This document shows, in pieces, positions 28,138 to 37,694 of a stretch of 54,262 nucleotides of DNA. Position 1 is the stretch's first letter. Each line of letters opens with the position of its first letter. Under the pieces are notes generated by a model that saw only the letters and a list, made by a program, of their open reading frames with translations, ran no database searches and had not been told where the DNA came from. Source of the stretch: a virus (taxonomy: Duplodnaviria > Caudoviricetes); the IMG/VR virus record IMGVR_UViG_3300042935_001150, positions 1 through 54,262 of that record. One strand, 5' to 3'. A program made the translations under genes and the position numbers.

Positions 28138-29835
28138 TTAAAACGATCCGCCGTCAATTGCTGTTAAAGTTACTGCACCTGAAGTAATTGAGAACTGAGT
28201 AGAATCAAAACTTGCTAAACCTTTTACGCTAGTAGAAGCAAAAGGAATTGCACTAGATCCAGCGGCAGTAATTAAACCTTTAGCATTTACAGTAAAGTTA
28301 GGAACTGTTACTGAATCTCCATAACTTCCAACATTACTATTAACAGTTGCTAATGTAAGAGCTCCTGAAACATTTGCCGAACCATTAACACTTGTTAATG
28401 TTGCTGATGCATCCCCAGTTAAACTTAAATCGCGAGCAGTAGCCCATGTAGTAGCTGTTGAAGCATTACCAACCAAAGCACCATAAACATTAGCAACCGT
28501 AAGATCTTTGTTCATATTCCAGCGATTATCAATAGCTGAATATGTTAAGCTTGCCGCTGCAAATGCATCTAGAGAAGTACCTACTGTTAATCCACCACCG
28601 TCACTCAAAATTGCTGTATTTGCAGCGGGTGCTAATTGTAAATTTTTATCAGCAATTGTAACTGTTGTAGAACTTACAGTAGTTACAGTACCATTAACTG
28701 TTAAGTTACCAGTAATAATTGCGTTACCATTTACAGAAATATCGTTAACAGTAGTATTGCCAGCAGTAAGAGTAGTACTAATTGTTAATGCATTTGCAGA
28801 TAAAGCACCTGTAAGTGTAAGTGCACTAAGTTGTGCAGAACCTTCAAGTTCAATTAGTAAAGAATTTGTAGTATCATTAAAAGAAGTTTTTAAACCTGAC
28901 CCAGCACTAATGTTTAGAGTATCAGTTAATAAGTTTACGCTGCCTGCTGCTCCTGTTGTTCCAGCAATATTAAGTGTCGTAGCAATATTAGCTGTTGTTA
29001 CAGCAGTTACTAAACCTTTTTCATTAACTGTAACTATTGGGATTGCTGTTGCAGAACCAAAACTGCCAATATTAGTATTAACAGTTGCTAATGTAAGTGC
29101 TGCTGAAACATTTGCTGCACCGTTAACGCTTGCAAGAGTAGCAGTACCATCGCCAGTCAAGCTAAGATTACGAGAGTTTAACCAACTAGTTGCAGTATCT
29201 GCGTTACCTGTTAAATTACCAGTTACATTGCCAGTTACATTACCAGTTACATTACCAGTTACAGCACCTGTGTGAATACCAGCACTATTACCTGTAAGAT
29301 CACCAGTTACGTTACCAGTTACATTGCCAGTTACATTGCCAGTTACATTACCAGTTACAGCACCTGTGTGAATACCAGCACTATTACCTGTAAGATCACC
29401 AGTTACGTTACCAGTTACATTGCCAGTTACATTGCCAGTTACAGCACCTGTGTGAATACCAGCAGTATTGCCAGTTACATTACCAGTTACATTACCTGTT
29501 AAATTACCTGTTACATCTCCGCTAATTCCACCAGTAACACTACCAGTTACATTACCAATAATGTTTAAATATGCAGTATTACTGCCATCACGCTTGACGA
29601 TAGTACTATTTGTGCCAACACTAGTAGCTGCGTCAACCATGTCCGTATAGCGCTTACCGCCAACGATAATGTGATTTACAGCATTGTCGGCAGTTTCAGT
29701 ACCCATACCAATGTATAAGCGATCACCACCATTTGATCCATTATCTAATAAAGCTGAGTATGCAAGCTCGCCTTGTGCAAGTACCGCGGGGTTTCCACTG
29801 GTCTCACTACGTTTAATTCGTAAAATAGAAGCCAT
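28138..29835 (-). CDS. tail fibre protein with GNVT repeats
   Basis: N-terminal ILRIKRS...LAQGELAYS, (GNVT)n, a duplicated GNA.TAT.W...R.LSLTGD block and IDGGSF end. Confidence 0.78.
   Translation of the reverse strand: MASILRIKRSETSGNPAVLAQGELAYSALLDNGSNGGDRLYIGMGTETADNAVNHIIVGGKRYTDMVDAATSVGTNSTIVKRDGSNTAYLNIIGNVTGSVTGGISGDVTGNLTGNVTGNVTGNTAGIHTGAVTGNVTGNVTGNVTGDLTGNSAGIHTGAVTGNVTGNVTGNVTGNVTGDLTGNSAGIHTGAVTGNVTGNVTGNVTGNLTGNADTATSWLNSRNLSLTGDGTATLASVNGAANVSAALTLATVNTNIGSFGSATAIPIVTVNEKGLVTAVTTANIATTLNIAGTTGAAGSVNLLTDTLNISAGSGLKTSFNDTTNSLLIELEGSAQLSALTLTGALSANALTISTTLTAGNTTVNDISVNGNAIITGNLTVNGTVTTVSSTTVTIADKNLQLAPAANTAILSDGGGLTVGTSLDAFAAASLTYSAIDNRWNMNKDLTVANVYGALVGNASTATTWATARDLSLTGDASATLTSVNGSANVSGALTLATVNSNVGSYGDSVTVPNFTVNAKGLITAAGSSAIPFASTSVKGLASFDSTQFSITSGAVTLTAIDGGSF
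29200..29560. repeat. 12-bp coding tandem repeat (CCAGTTACATTR) with higher-order units
   Basis: Directly visible. The interruption encoding AGIHTGAVT recurs three times. Confidence 0.9.
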
Positions 29836-29847
29836 AATTATATTCCT

Positions 29848-30111
29848 TTAAAACTGACCGGACTCAAAAACTTGCTGTTCCAGCTTGTTTGTTGCGTGCC
29901 ATTTTTCTGTTCCGGCATTGTAAACTAATAAGCTTCCTGCCGCTAATTGGGTTAGATCTATATCTGCTAACCCTTTTAATGTAGTAGGAGTTGGGCCAAT
30001 CATGCCGCCTACAACTACTTTAGTTTGCGATTGCGAAGAAACAACAACAGGTTCCTTCTTTTCTATAATAACTGTATTATTAATTTCAGTTACAATTATT
30101 TCAGTTGTCAT
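29848..30111 (-). CDS. small fibre-attachment-type protein
   Basis: L..LADID...GSLLVYN....KW motif, also present near the N-terminus of the 2099-aa fibre. Confidence 0.65.
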   Translation of the reverse strand: MTTEIIVTEINNTVIIEKKEPVVVSSQSQTKVVVGGMIGPTPTTLKGLADIDLTQLAAGSLLVYNAGTEKWHATNKLEQQVFESGQF

Positions 30112-30704
30112 CTTGTAACCTCTTTCACTAGACTAATACTTCCGCTTAAGAAAGGTATTACGTTATTTTGGTTATCAGTTAACTCCATTGAGTATACTGC
30201 GGCATCAAAATTAAATGTGCCTGTGATTGTTGAGGGTAATTTTATTGAAATAGTAAAATTTACTGGATCAATAACAATCCGATTATTTGCCGTGGATAGT
30301 TCAGCAATAATTTCTGTAGACTCTAAAGTTTCACGAATCTGCATTAGTGCAGTATATCCAGTTAAGGGTATAGGGGTATTCCAAGATAAAATACCTCCAC
30401 TAGTATATGCCCCATATCCTGCCGAATTTACTTGGTTTAAGGTTACCGAGTTAGAAGTCTTGCTAGTTACTAGATAGTATGCATCATCTGCAATGGTGTT
30501 AATATCTTTCATACCGTTAACACCGGTTACACGTACTCGCCAATTTATTGGCACGCTATGAGTTCCACTAGTAGTAATTACACACGGAGCTGCTAGAGTA
30601 ATACCTGAAATGGGCATATATTGTTTTGTTTCGGACTCCCAGCGAAGAGTCTCTTCAAAGGTACTACCTTGGTAAATTTTATAATTAATCTTTGCTGGTT
30701 CCAT
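30108..30704 (-). CDS. collar/fibre-anchoring protein (T5 p132/LtfC-like) with inserted domain
   Basis: IYQGSTF...PLTGYTALMQIR...VYSMEL...G.I....EVTR. Precedes the side-fibre genes. Confidence 0.65.
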   Translation of the reverse strand: MEPAKINYKIYQGSTFEETLRWESETKQYMPISGITLAAPCVITTSGTHSVPINWRVRVTGVNGMKDINTIADDAYYLVTSKTSNSVTLNQVNSAGYGAYTSGGILSWNTPIPLTGYTALMQIRETLESTEIIAELSTANNRIVIDPVNFTISIKLPSTITGTFNFDAAVYSMELTDNQNNVIPFLSGSISLVKEVTR

Positions 30705-30708
30705 TATA

Positions 30709-31059
30709 TTACCTTACTTTCTTTGCTGCTGCAAGAGTAGCCGACACTCTAAATTTATTTACTTCTTCTGTTAGAGCTACAACTTCGGTTTGTAGTTGCT
30801 GATTCTCAAGGCATAACTGTGCTAGTTGAGAATTTAAAAGAATCATTTCTTGTTGCAAGCGGTTTAATTCGGTTGCCAGTAAGCCGTTTTGTTCACTCAT
30901 GCGCTCTAGCTCTGTATGCATTAATGTAATGACGCTAGTTTCCGCATTAGTACTTTTCCAGTCTTTTAACAATTTCTGAATTCCAACTGAGAAAGCAACA
31001 ACTGCTAACGCAACTAGTGAAACGGTCTGTATGAAACTGTGGTTATCTATCTCCACCAT
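30709..31059 (-). CDS. membrane-anchored coiled-coil protein
   Basis: One N-terminal TM segment and long heptad repeats. Confidence 0.7.
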   Translation of the reverse strand: MVEIDNHSFIQTVSLVALAVVAFSVGIQKLLKDWKSTNAETSVITLMHTELERMSEQNGLLATELNRLQQEMILLNSQLAQLCLENQQLQTEVVALTEEVNKFRVSATLAAAKKVR

Positions 31060-31183
31060 AATCAGATCTCCTTATTAGCAGGGGGTTGTATATTTAATTA
31101 TAATCTAAACGGCGAGTCTGCCTTTTGGATCTAGGTAAAAGCTTGTCAAGAAAAAATATTGAAACGTTCTGACATTTTGGTAT

Positions 31184-31212
31184 ATTATACCACAAGGGCG
31201 GGGTATTGTCAA
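31184..31212 (-). promoter_or_regulatory. sigma70 promoter
   Basis: TTGACA (31207-31212), 17-bp spacer, TATAAT (31184-31189), extended -10. Confidence 0.88.
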
Positions 31213-31215
31213 TGC

Positions 31216-31250
31216 AAAAAAATACCCTGCCCAAAGAATGGACAGGGTAT
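31216..31250 (-). terminator. intrinsic terminator
   Basis: Minus strand reads ATACCCTGTCCA-TTCTT-TGGGCAGGGTAT followed by a T run. Confidence 0.85.
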
Positions 31251-31276
31251 AGTTTTTGCGAAGGTTTAGGTTTTTT

Positions 31277-34200
31277 TTATGTGTATACTTTAAAAGTCGG
31301 TGTAGTAACGTATGATTGTCTTTGACTTCCTGTAGTAGTTCCCGTCATAGTTCTAGCTGAAAGAGTTGCGTTCAAGACATTTAATTGTCCTGGATTTGCA
31401 GGTCCTGTGTAGTATGCACTATTTGTGCCTATTATCAATTGAATATTTTCACCCCCTGTACCATTTCCGCCCGGAGGTCCAACAGCCCCAGTAGTAGAGG
31501 TTATATAAAAACTACCGTATGCTCCAGCAGTTAACCTTGTATTAACATAAGTATCTGAAGTTATTGGTCCACTAAAGTTAATAACGGCGTCAACGGTTTC
31601 TCCAGGATAATACTCTCCGCTAGTCATAACAACTGATGTAATTGTTGGTGCTGGTCCAGCAACTGTATAACCAGCTATTGTAAAACTAAAACTTTGTCCA
31701 GTACTTACATTAATAGTTACATCTTGTGCCGGAACAGTAGTTGTTGGAAAACTTGTTGTAACACCTATCCAATTCTGAGTACTAGCATCGGTATTAATAG
31801 TAAAACTAGAAGGGCTTATACTTACACGACCTGCTCCTGCACCAGTTGCGTACACAGATACAGATACTCCATTAGCATTAGTTGAATTAAGATAAAAATT
31901 GAGTCCTACACCATTATTAACAGTACCCGACCAAGTATTACCAAGGAAGTATGATGGAGGCGATCTTGAAGTATCATTGAACGTAACACTTGTAGATGCT
32001 TGTCCGTTATTTAGTGCAATAGTAAAATATTCTGTACCTTCAGTACTTGAGTCTGCGGTTACGCTATAATTCAGTACACTGCCATTACTAATAGTACCTG
32101 TTAAACTAGCGCCGGCAATGTCAGCAGAGGCAACACCTGAAATATTATAGCTAAAACTTCCACCTTGATTTGTACTAAAAGTAATTGAAAAACTACCTCC
32201 TTCATTTACACTTGATACAGATCTTGTTAGTGAATACGTTGCTGGCGTTAAAGAAGTATCATTGAATGTAACACTTGTAGATGCTTGTCCATTATTTAGT
32301 GAAATATTAAAATACTGCGTACCTTCAGTACTTGAGTCTGCTGTTACACTGTAGCTTAGTACACTACCATTACTAACAGTACCTGTTAAGCTAGCACCAC
32401 TAATATCCGCTGATTCAATACCTGTTATAGTATATCCAAAACTACCTGCTTGATTGGTACTAAAAGTAACTGAAAAGCTGCCTCCCTCATTTACACTACC
32501 TACTGAAGTAGTTAGTGAGTATGTGGGAGGTGTTAAAGAAGTATCATTGAATGTAACAGTTGTGGAAGCTTGTCCGTTATTTAATGCAATATTAAAATAT
32601 TGTGTACCTTCAGTAACACTATCTGCTGTTACACTGTAACTCAACACACTACCATTAGTAACTAATCCTGTTAGACCAGCTCCGCCTATATCCGCTGATT
32701 CAATACCTGTTATAGTATAACCAAAATTACCTGCTTGATTGGTATTAAAAGTAACTGAAAAACTACTTCCTTCATTTACACTAGTTACGGATCGTGTAAA
32801 TGAATACGACGGTGTTAATGAAGTATCGTTGAATGTAACACTTGTTGAAGCAAGTCCGTTATTTAATGCAATATTAAAATACTGTGGACCTTCAGTAGCA
32901 CTATCTTCTGTTACGGTAAAACTTAATATACTGCCGTTACTAACATTGCCTGTTAGGCCTGCTCCGCCTATATCAGCTGATTCAATACCTGTTATAGTAT
33001 AACCAAAACTACTTGCTAGATTGCTATTAAAAGTAATTGTGAAACTACCTCCTTCATTTACACTAGCTACTGATCGTGTAAATGAATAGGTAGGTGCTGC
33101 TAAAGAAGTGTCGTTAATGGTTATATCACCACTATAGTAAGTACTACCATCAACTGTTGCTGCAATTCTAAAATATTCAGCACCTTCAGTTGTAGTATCA
33201 GCCGCTGCTGAGTATGTAACACTTACATTTCCCGCAGAATTTGTTGCACCTATAGCAAAACTAGTAGTGTTTAAGGTAACATCAGATACTCCACTTAAGC
33301 CGCTAGTGGGTGCAACTACTGAAAAACTTACAGACTTATTTGCTGCATAGCTATAATTAAACTGTACTGAACCACTTGCACCCTCATTAAATGCTGATGT
33401 TGTTCCAAAACTATAAGAGGAGGCAACATTAACTAAAGTAATTGTTTTAAATGCTACTTCAGTTCCACTAGTACTTCCGGTTCTAAGACTTATTCTTACT
33501 GCAGTATTGGCTGTAGCTATGCCTGCTGTAAAACTTACATTGCTAATAAAAGTGTCTGAAGTTACGCTTACGGTACTTGAACTAGGCGTTACTAAAGCGT
33601 TGTCTGTTGTTAAATAAAGCGTCGTACCATTTACATTATTAGCACTAACAGTTACAGGGTATGATTCTGATTCATTCCAATTGTCTGTAGCTGCTAGAGA
33701 ATAACCAGCAGCTTTACTAGTATCATTTACAATGATATCGCCGCTAGTTCCGCCTACCTGTATTCCATCTACTGTTGCAATAAGACGAAATGCTTCCGGG
33801 CCTTCCGTCGCCGAATCAGCAACTGCCGAGTATTGTACATTTATAGATGTTGCAGCATTACCGCTAACTACCCAACTGCCTGTTAATAACGCTCCGTCAC
33901 TTGAACCAGAAATACTCGTTAATCCAGCACTAGGTCCTACTACTGAAAAAAGCACAGTTTTGCCGTTAGCACCTGTAGCATTAAAAGTAGTAAAACCTGT
34001 TGAGCCTTCGTTTACGGCTCCAGGAGTTGACCAGCTATAAGATGCGCTTAAGCTAGTATCGGCAACTGTTATATTTATAAACTGCGACATTCCATCTAAA
34101 CTCAGTTTAAATATTTCAGTACCTTCGGTTAAGTAATCGTTTGCAAATGTAAACGTAGCGGTTGCAGAATTATTGTAAATAATAAATGTACCAGTAAGTC

Positions 34201-35155
34201 CGCCTGCAGTTAAGTCCGCTGTAGATATGCCTGTAACAGTATAAGCAAAAGGACTCTCATTTGCAACGTTCTGAGTTGTAAGAGTTACTGTAACACTAGT
34301 ACCTTCACTAGTACTAGTACTAGTGGATGTAAGTTGATACTGTGGATTAGTACCTGTTCCAGTACCTGCTCCAGGTGCAGCATATAAATTTGCATCTGCA
34401 ACAATTATACCTAATCCTTGTCTGTTACCACTATTGTATATTGTTTGGGTATAGGGCCAAGCGTAGTCTTCGTCTGAGTAGTAAACTTGTACTTCTTTCG
34501 TCTGTACACTAGTGCCTTGTCGCCTAAACATTGCTTCGTAAACAAATTCTAAGTGGCTTGTTGTCCTTTTAAAAATTCTTAAAGCAGTATAGTTAGGCAA
34601 CATAAAAATAGGATTAGTTGGCATAGCCAAACTAATGGAGGTAGGTAACCCTTGTGGGCCCGTCGGATCCTCCCAAAAAGTAAAACTATCACTAATCGTA
34701 TATGGGGCTAGCTGTACATTATTACTGTCAAATGTTTTAGTACCGGCAGCATTAAAAAGTCGTAGTCCATAAGTTTCTGAGCTAGTAGGTAAGCTGCTAA
34801 TAGCAAACAAATACCCGGTTGGTAATGTATAGGTTAGGTTAGCTCCCAGGGAGTTTGCATAAACCCATAGCGTTAGATAACCTCCCATACTTGTAGTAGA
34901 TGTTTCAAAATTATACCAAACATCATCCGCAGTATCTGGTAAGGTCCACATAACTATAAAATTACCGGGGGCTGTTACAGTTGAGGTTCTGTATTCGCGT
35001 TTTACATACCCACTATGAAAGTAAGTGCTGCCTGCTTCTTCTGAATACACAGTAGGACTAAACTCAAGCTTTTGTGCAAAAGCAGGAGAAAAGTATTCGC
35101 TATCTATTAAGAGTTCGGAATCATCATTTATTATTCTAAGGCCATAAGTTGCCAT
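31277..35155 (-). CDS. tail-tip-associated protein with tandem Calx-beta/Ig-like repeats (1292 aa)
   Basis: YGLRI...LLIDS and YGLRLFNAAG..TFDS N-terminal module, then repeated VNEG...TEG..YF...NDTS domains. Confidence 0.75.
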   Translation of the reverse strand: MATYGLRIINDDSELLIDSEYFSPAFAQKLEFSPTVYSEEAGSTYFHSGYVKREYRTSTVTAPGNFIVMWTLPDTADDVWYNFETSTTSMGGYLTLWVYANSLGANLTYTLPTGYLFAISSLPTSSETYGLRLFNAAGTKTFDSNNVQLAPYTISDSFTFWEDPTGPQGLPTSISLAMPTNPIFMLPNYTALRIFKRTTSHLEFVYEAMFRRQGTSVQTKEVQVYYSDEDYAWPYTQTIYNSGNRQGLGIIVADANLYAAPGAGTGTGTNPQYQLTSTSTSTSEGTSVTVTLTTQNVANESPFAYTVTGISTADLTAGGLTGTFIIYNNSATATFTFANDYLTEGTEIFKLSLDGMSQFINITVADTSLSASYSWSTPGAVNEGSTGFTTFNATGANGKTVLFSVVGPSAGLTSISGSSDGALLTGSWVVSGNAATSINVQYSAVADSATEGPEAFRLIATVDGIQVGGTSGDIIVNDTSKAAGYSLAATDNWNESESYPVTVSANNVNGTTLYLTTDNALVTPSSSTVSVTSDTFISNVSFTAGIATANTAVRISLRTGSTSGTEVAFKTITLVNVASSYSFGTTSAFNEGASGSVQFNYSYAANKSVSFSVVAPTSGLSGVSDVTLNTTSFAIGATNSAGNVSVTYSAAADTTTEGAEYFRIAATVDGSTYYSGDITINDTSLAAPTYSFTRSVASVNEGGSFTITFNSNLASSFGYTITGIESADIGGAGLTGNVSNGSILSFTVTEDSATEGPQYFNIALNNGLASTSVTFNDTSLTPSYSFTRSVTSVNEGSSFSVTFNTNQAGNFGYTITGIESADIGGAGLTGLVTNGSVLSYSVTADSVTEGTQYFNIALNNGQASTTVTFNDTSLTPPTYSLTTSVGSVNEGGSFSVTFSTNQAGSFGYTITGIESADISGASLTGTVSNGSVLSYSVTADSSTEGTQYFNISLNNGQASTSVTFNDTSLTPATYSLTRSVSSVNEGGSFSITFSTNQGGSFSYNISGVASADIAGASLTGTISNGSVLNYSVTADSSTEGTEYFTIALNNGQASTSVTFNDTSRSPPSYFLGNTWSGTVNNGVGLNFYLNSTNANGVSVSVYATGAGAGRVSISPSSFTINTDASTQNWIGVTTSFPTTTVPAQDVTINVSTGQSFSFTIAGYTVAGPAPTITSVVMTSGEYYPGETVDAVINFSGPITSDTYVNTRLTAGAYGSFYITSTTGAVGPPGGNGTGGENIQLIIGTNSAYYTGPANPGQLNVLNATLSARTMTGTTTGSQRQSYVTTPTFKVYT
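31965..33100. repeat. four tandem ~285-bp coding repeats
   Basis: Near-identical units YS.TRSV.SVNEG.SF...ALNNGQAST.VTFNDTS. Confidence 0.85.
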
Positions 35156-35163
35156 GTTTGCCT

Positions 35164-35478
35164 TTATTTAACAAAAATATATAGTACTGTGGAATCGTAA
35201 TAAAACTGTGGAATACCTGCAGCTATAGGTTGATTCTCTATAAAAGTTATTGTGGGAATTCCGCCAGGATAACTAACTGACCAGCTATGTGCTCCAGGTA
35301 TTAGTTGCATTGGCCTAATAGTTCTACCTGAATATTGTGGGAAAGACACCGCTGGCTTAGTACCAGGAGTGCCAGTCTTTGCGTATTCATATTTCTCACC
35401 AAAAACTCCACTTTTGGTGGAGTTTTGTAGGACTATAGTAGAACCGTCGCTTTTAAAAGTTTGTAATCCATAAGCCAT
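35164..35478 (-). CDS. small tail tip accessory protein
   Basis: MAYGLQTF start, typical of small genes following central fibre genes in siphoviruses. Confidence 0.6.
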   Translation of the reverse strand: MAYGLQTFKSDGSTIVLQNSTKSGVFGEKYEYAKTGTPGTKPAVSFPQYSGRTIRPMQLIPGAHSWSVSYPGGIPTITFIENQPIAAGIPQFYYDSTVLYIFVK

Positions 35479-37685
35479 TAGCTTAAATCTCCAAGCACAA
35501 CTCTGCGAACGTTGTTAGCCCATATTTCAATTTTATTATCGTATAAGCGTATTCTATCTGCACCTGTTGTATTGCCAATACTTAAACGTAATGCATCAAT
35601 AGATCCAGTAGTAATTTTACCGCCATTAACAGTAGTTGAGTTACCGTTAATATCTCCTGCCGCATCACCTACTCTAAGAAATCCAGTTTTTATACTACTG
35701 GTCTCAATAGAGTTAGTCTCAATTTTACCGCCATTAATAGTTGTAGTTCCACTATTAATATCTGAGGCTGCATTACCTACTTGTAAAAATTGAGTAGTTA
35801 ATTTATCTGCACTAATCGAACCAGTTTGAATTGATCCACCATTAATTTGTGTAGTTGTATTTACAGAGCCATCGCCATTAGTAGTACCTACTTTAATAAA
35901 TTGAGCATTTAATCTATCTGCATCAATAGTTCCAGTTTTTATCGATCCACCATTAATCTGTGTAGTTGTATTTACAGATCCGTCTGGATTAATACTTGAT
36001 ACTTTAAGTGTTCCGCTAAGATCTAAATACTGTGCAGCTATAGTACCTGTTGTAATTTTATTACCATTAATAGTAGTAACATTAGTGCCAAAAGCATCAT
36101 TCATGTTACTAAATGTTACTAAACCAGTAAAGTTTTGGAAAGTAAAAGGCTCACTAAAAACAATAGACTTTGGGGTTACACTTTGGTAGGAAGGCTCTAA
36201 AACTGTGAAACTGCAGGCCCATACTTTAGTACCTGCTACAGGAGTAGCGGTATTAACAGCGGTAGACCAAGCTGGATCTAATCCAGTAAAAACTCCTGTA
36301 CCATATGTATAGTCAACAGACGTAGTAGACGGTTTAAGTGGTGCGTCTGCTTGAGCAGTGTTATAATAAATATACCCACTAGCTGTTCTAGGACCTGTGC
36401 TGCCAAGACTTCCATCAGTAATAACTGGTAAAGTTACTGTAGCTGTTATTACCGTAGCTACACCAGCAGTGGTTTGGCCTGTTGCTGTACAACTATAATT
36501 ATTAGTACTTACTGTAGCGTAATCACCAACAGGTACAGTGTAGCTATTTGAAGTAGCTCCGCTAATATTTGTATCGTTCTTTTTCCATTGATAAGTAACT
36601 GCAGGTGTTGATTTAAAACCTAATGTTGTAGTTTGCAGTATAATACCTGTAGTCGGATACAGTGTATTAGTATTATCTTTTCTAAATACAGCACCGTAGT
36701 TACTGATAGTAAACGAAGGTGTTGCTGGACCTATAGGACCGTCGTCAATTCGGGGTATTTGTACAGAGGCAGTAATACTAGAAAGGTTACCTCCAAGATC
36801 AAATCCTGTAGCAATTGACGTATATACATGGCTAGTAGAATCTGCGTAATCACTAGCTGGGACTGTATAGCTATAACTTGTTGCACCTGGAATAACTACA
36901 TTATCTTTTTTCCAAACAAAAGTTGGTTGTGGAGTAGATCTAAACTTAGAATACCCACTATCAAGTACAATACCCGCTGCTGGATAGACCACACCATCTA
37001 AATCACGTCTAAACGCTGCGCCGTAGTTACTGATATAGTAAGTTGGCGGTACATACGTAATAGGAATAGTTATTGTTTTAACAATAGGTGTAGTTAAACC
37101 TGTGCCAGTTACACTTAGAGTTACGCCTACACCTGTACCGTTTGTTGAATTAGGTGTAATAGTAATACTGGAGCCAGTACCTGTTGTTGGTGTTGCTCCA
37201 GTAATTGTCCAGGCATAGACAGGATTAGTAATTCCTGCTATAACTGCTGTTAAAGTGGCATTGGTTGGTGTAAAGGTTGTCTCATCACTTTTTACAAAAC
37301 TAGTAAAACCTGAAATATCTACAATTTGCGAAGTTGCAGCTGTAGGTGTAGCTGTTAGCTGACTAGAAACAGTAAATACTTCTTCCTCAATATCACTAAT
37401 AAAGGCGTACTTAACGTAATAAGGAGTGCCAGATGCTAAAGCTATTCCGTCCGCTAACTTAGGAATAACTATAGACAAGCTTAAGCCATCAAATACTTGA
37501 TTAGGATTTACATTAGCAACTCCAAGTGCGTTAAGAGTATCTACAGGCGTAAAGTTAGATGTGGCCGAGCACCACACCTTTACCTTAATTAAGTCGTCGC
37601 GAATATCCGTTAAACGGATAGTATCGTACGGTGTATCTAATTTTAATATTAACGAATTTACGCCCGCTGATAAGGTTGCTGCCAT
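35478..37685 (-). CDS. central/straight tail fibre-like protein
   Basis: Ig-like repeats (WKK....I.GATS.SYTV), INGG.I.TG.I repeats and RRVVLGDL end resembling gpJ C-termini. Confidence 0.68.
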   Translation of the reverse strand: MAATLSAGVNSLILKLDTPYDTIRLTDIRDDLIKVKVWCSATSNFTPVDTLNALGVANVNPNQVFDGLSLSIVIPKLADGIALASGTPYYVKYAFISDIEEEVFTVSSQLTATPTAATSQIVDISGFTSFVKSDETTFTPTNATLTAVIAGITNPVYAWTITGATPTTGTGSSITITPNSTNGTGVGVTLSVTGTGLTTPIVKTITIPITYVPPTYYISNYGAAFRRDLDGVVYPAAGIVLDSGYSKFRSTPQPTFVWKKDNVVIPGATSYSYTVPASDYADSTSHVYTSIATGFDLGGNLSSITASVQIPRIDDGPIGPATPSFTISNYGAVFRKDNTNTLYPTTGIILQTTTLGFKSTPAVTYQWKKNDTNISGATSNSYTVPVGDYATVSTNNYSCTATGQTTAGVATVITATVTLPVITDGSLGSTGPRTASGYIYYNTAQADAPLKPSTTSVDYTYGTGVFTGLDPAWSTAVNTATPVAGTKVWACSFTVLEPSYQSVTPKSIVFSEPFTFQNFTGLVTFSNMNDAFGTNVTTINGNKITTGTIAAQYLDLSGTLKVSSINPDGSVNTTTQINGGSIKTGTIDADRLNAQFIKVGTTNGDGSVNTTTQINGGSIQTGSISADKLTTQFLQVGNAASDINSGTTTINGGKIETNSIETSSIKTGFLRVGDAAGDINGNSTTVNGGKITTGSIDALRLSIGNTTGADRIRLYDNKIEIWANNVRRVVLGDLS

Positions 37686-37694
37686 ATTTATTCC

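Noticed and set aside
21791-29560. Possible CRISPR array or non-coding repeat in the highly repetitive DNA
   Set aside because: Repeats are in-frame multiples of 3 inside long ORFs, with no constant repeat plus unique spacer pattern.
31097-31149. Second TTGACA (31144-31149) and TATAAT (31097-31102) on the minus strand
   Set aside because: The spacing of about 41 bp is incompatible with a sigma70 promoter.
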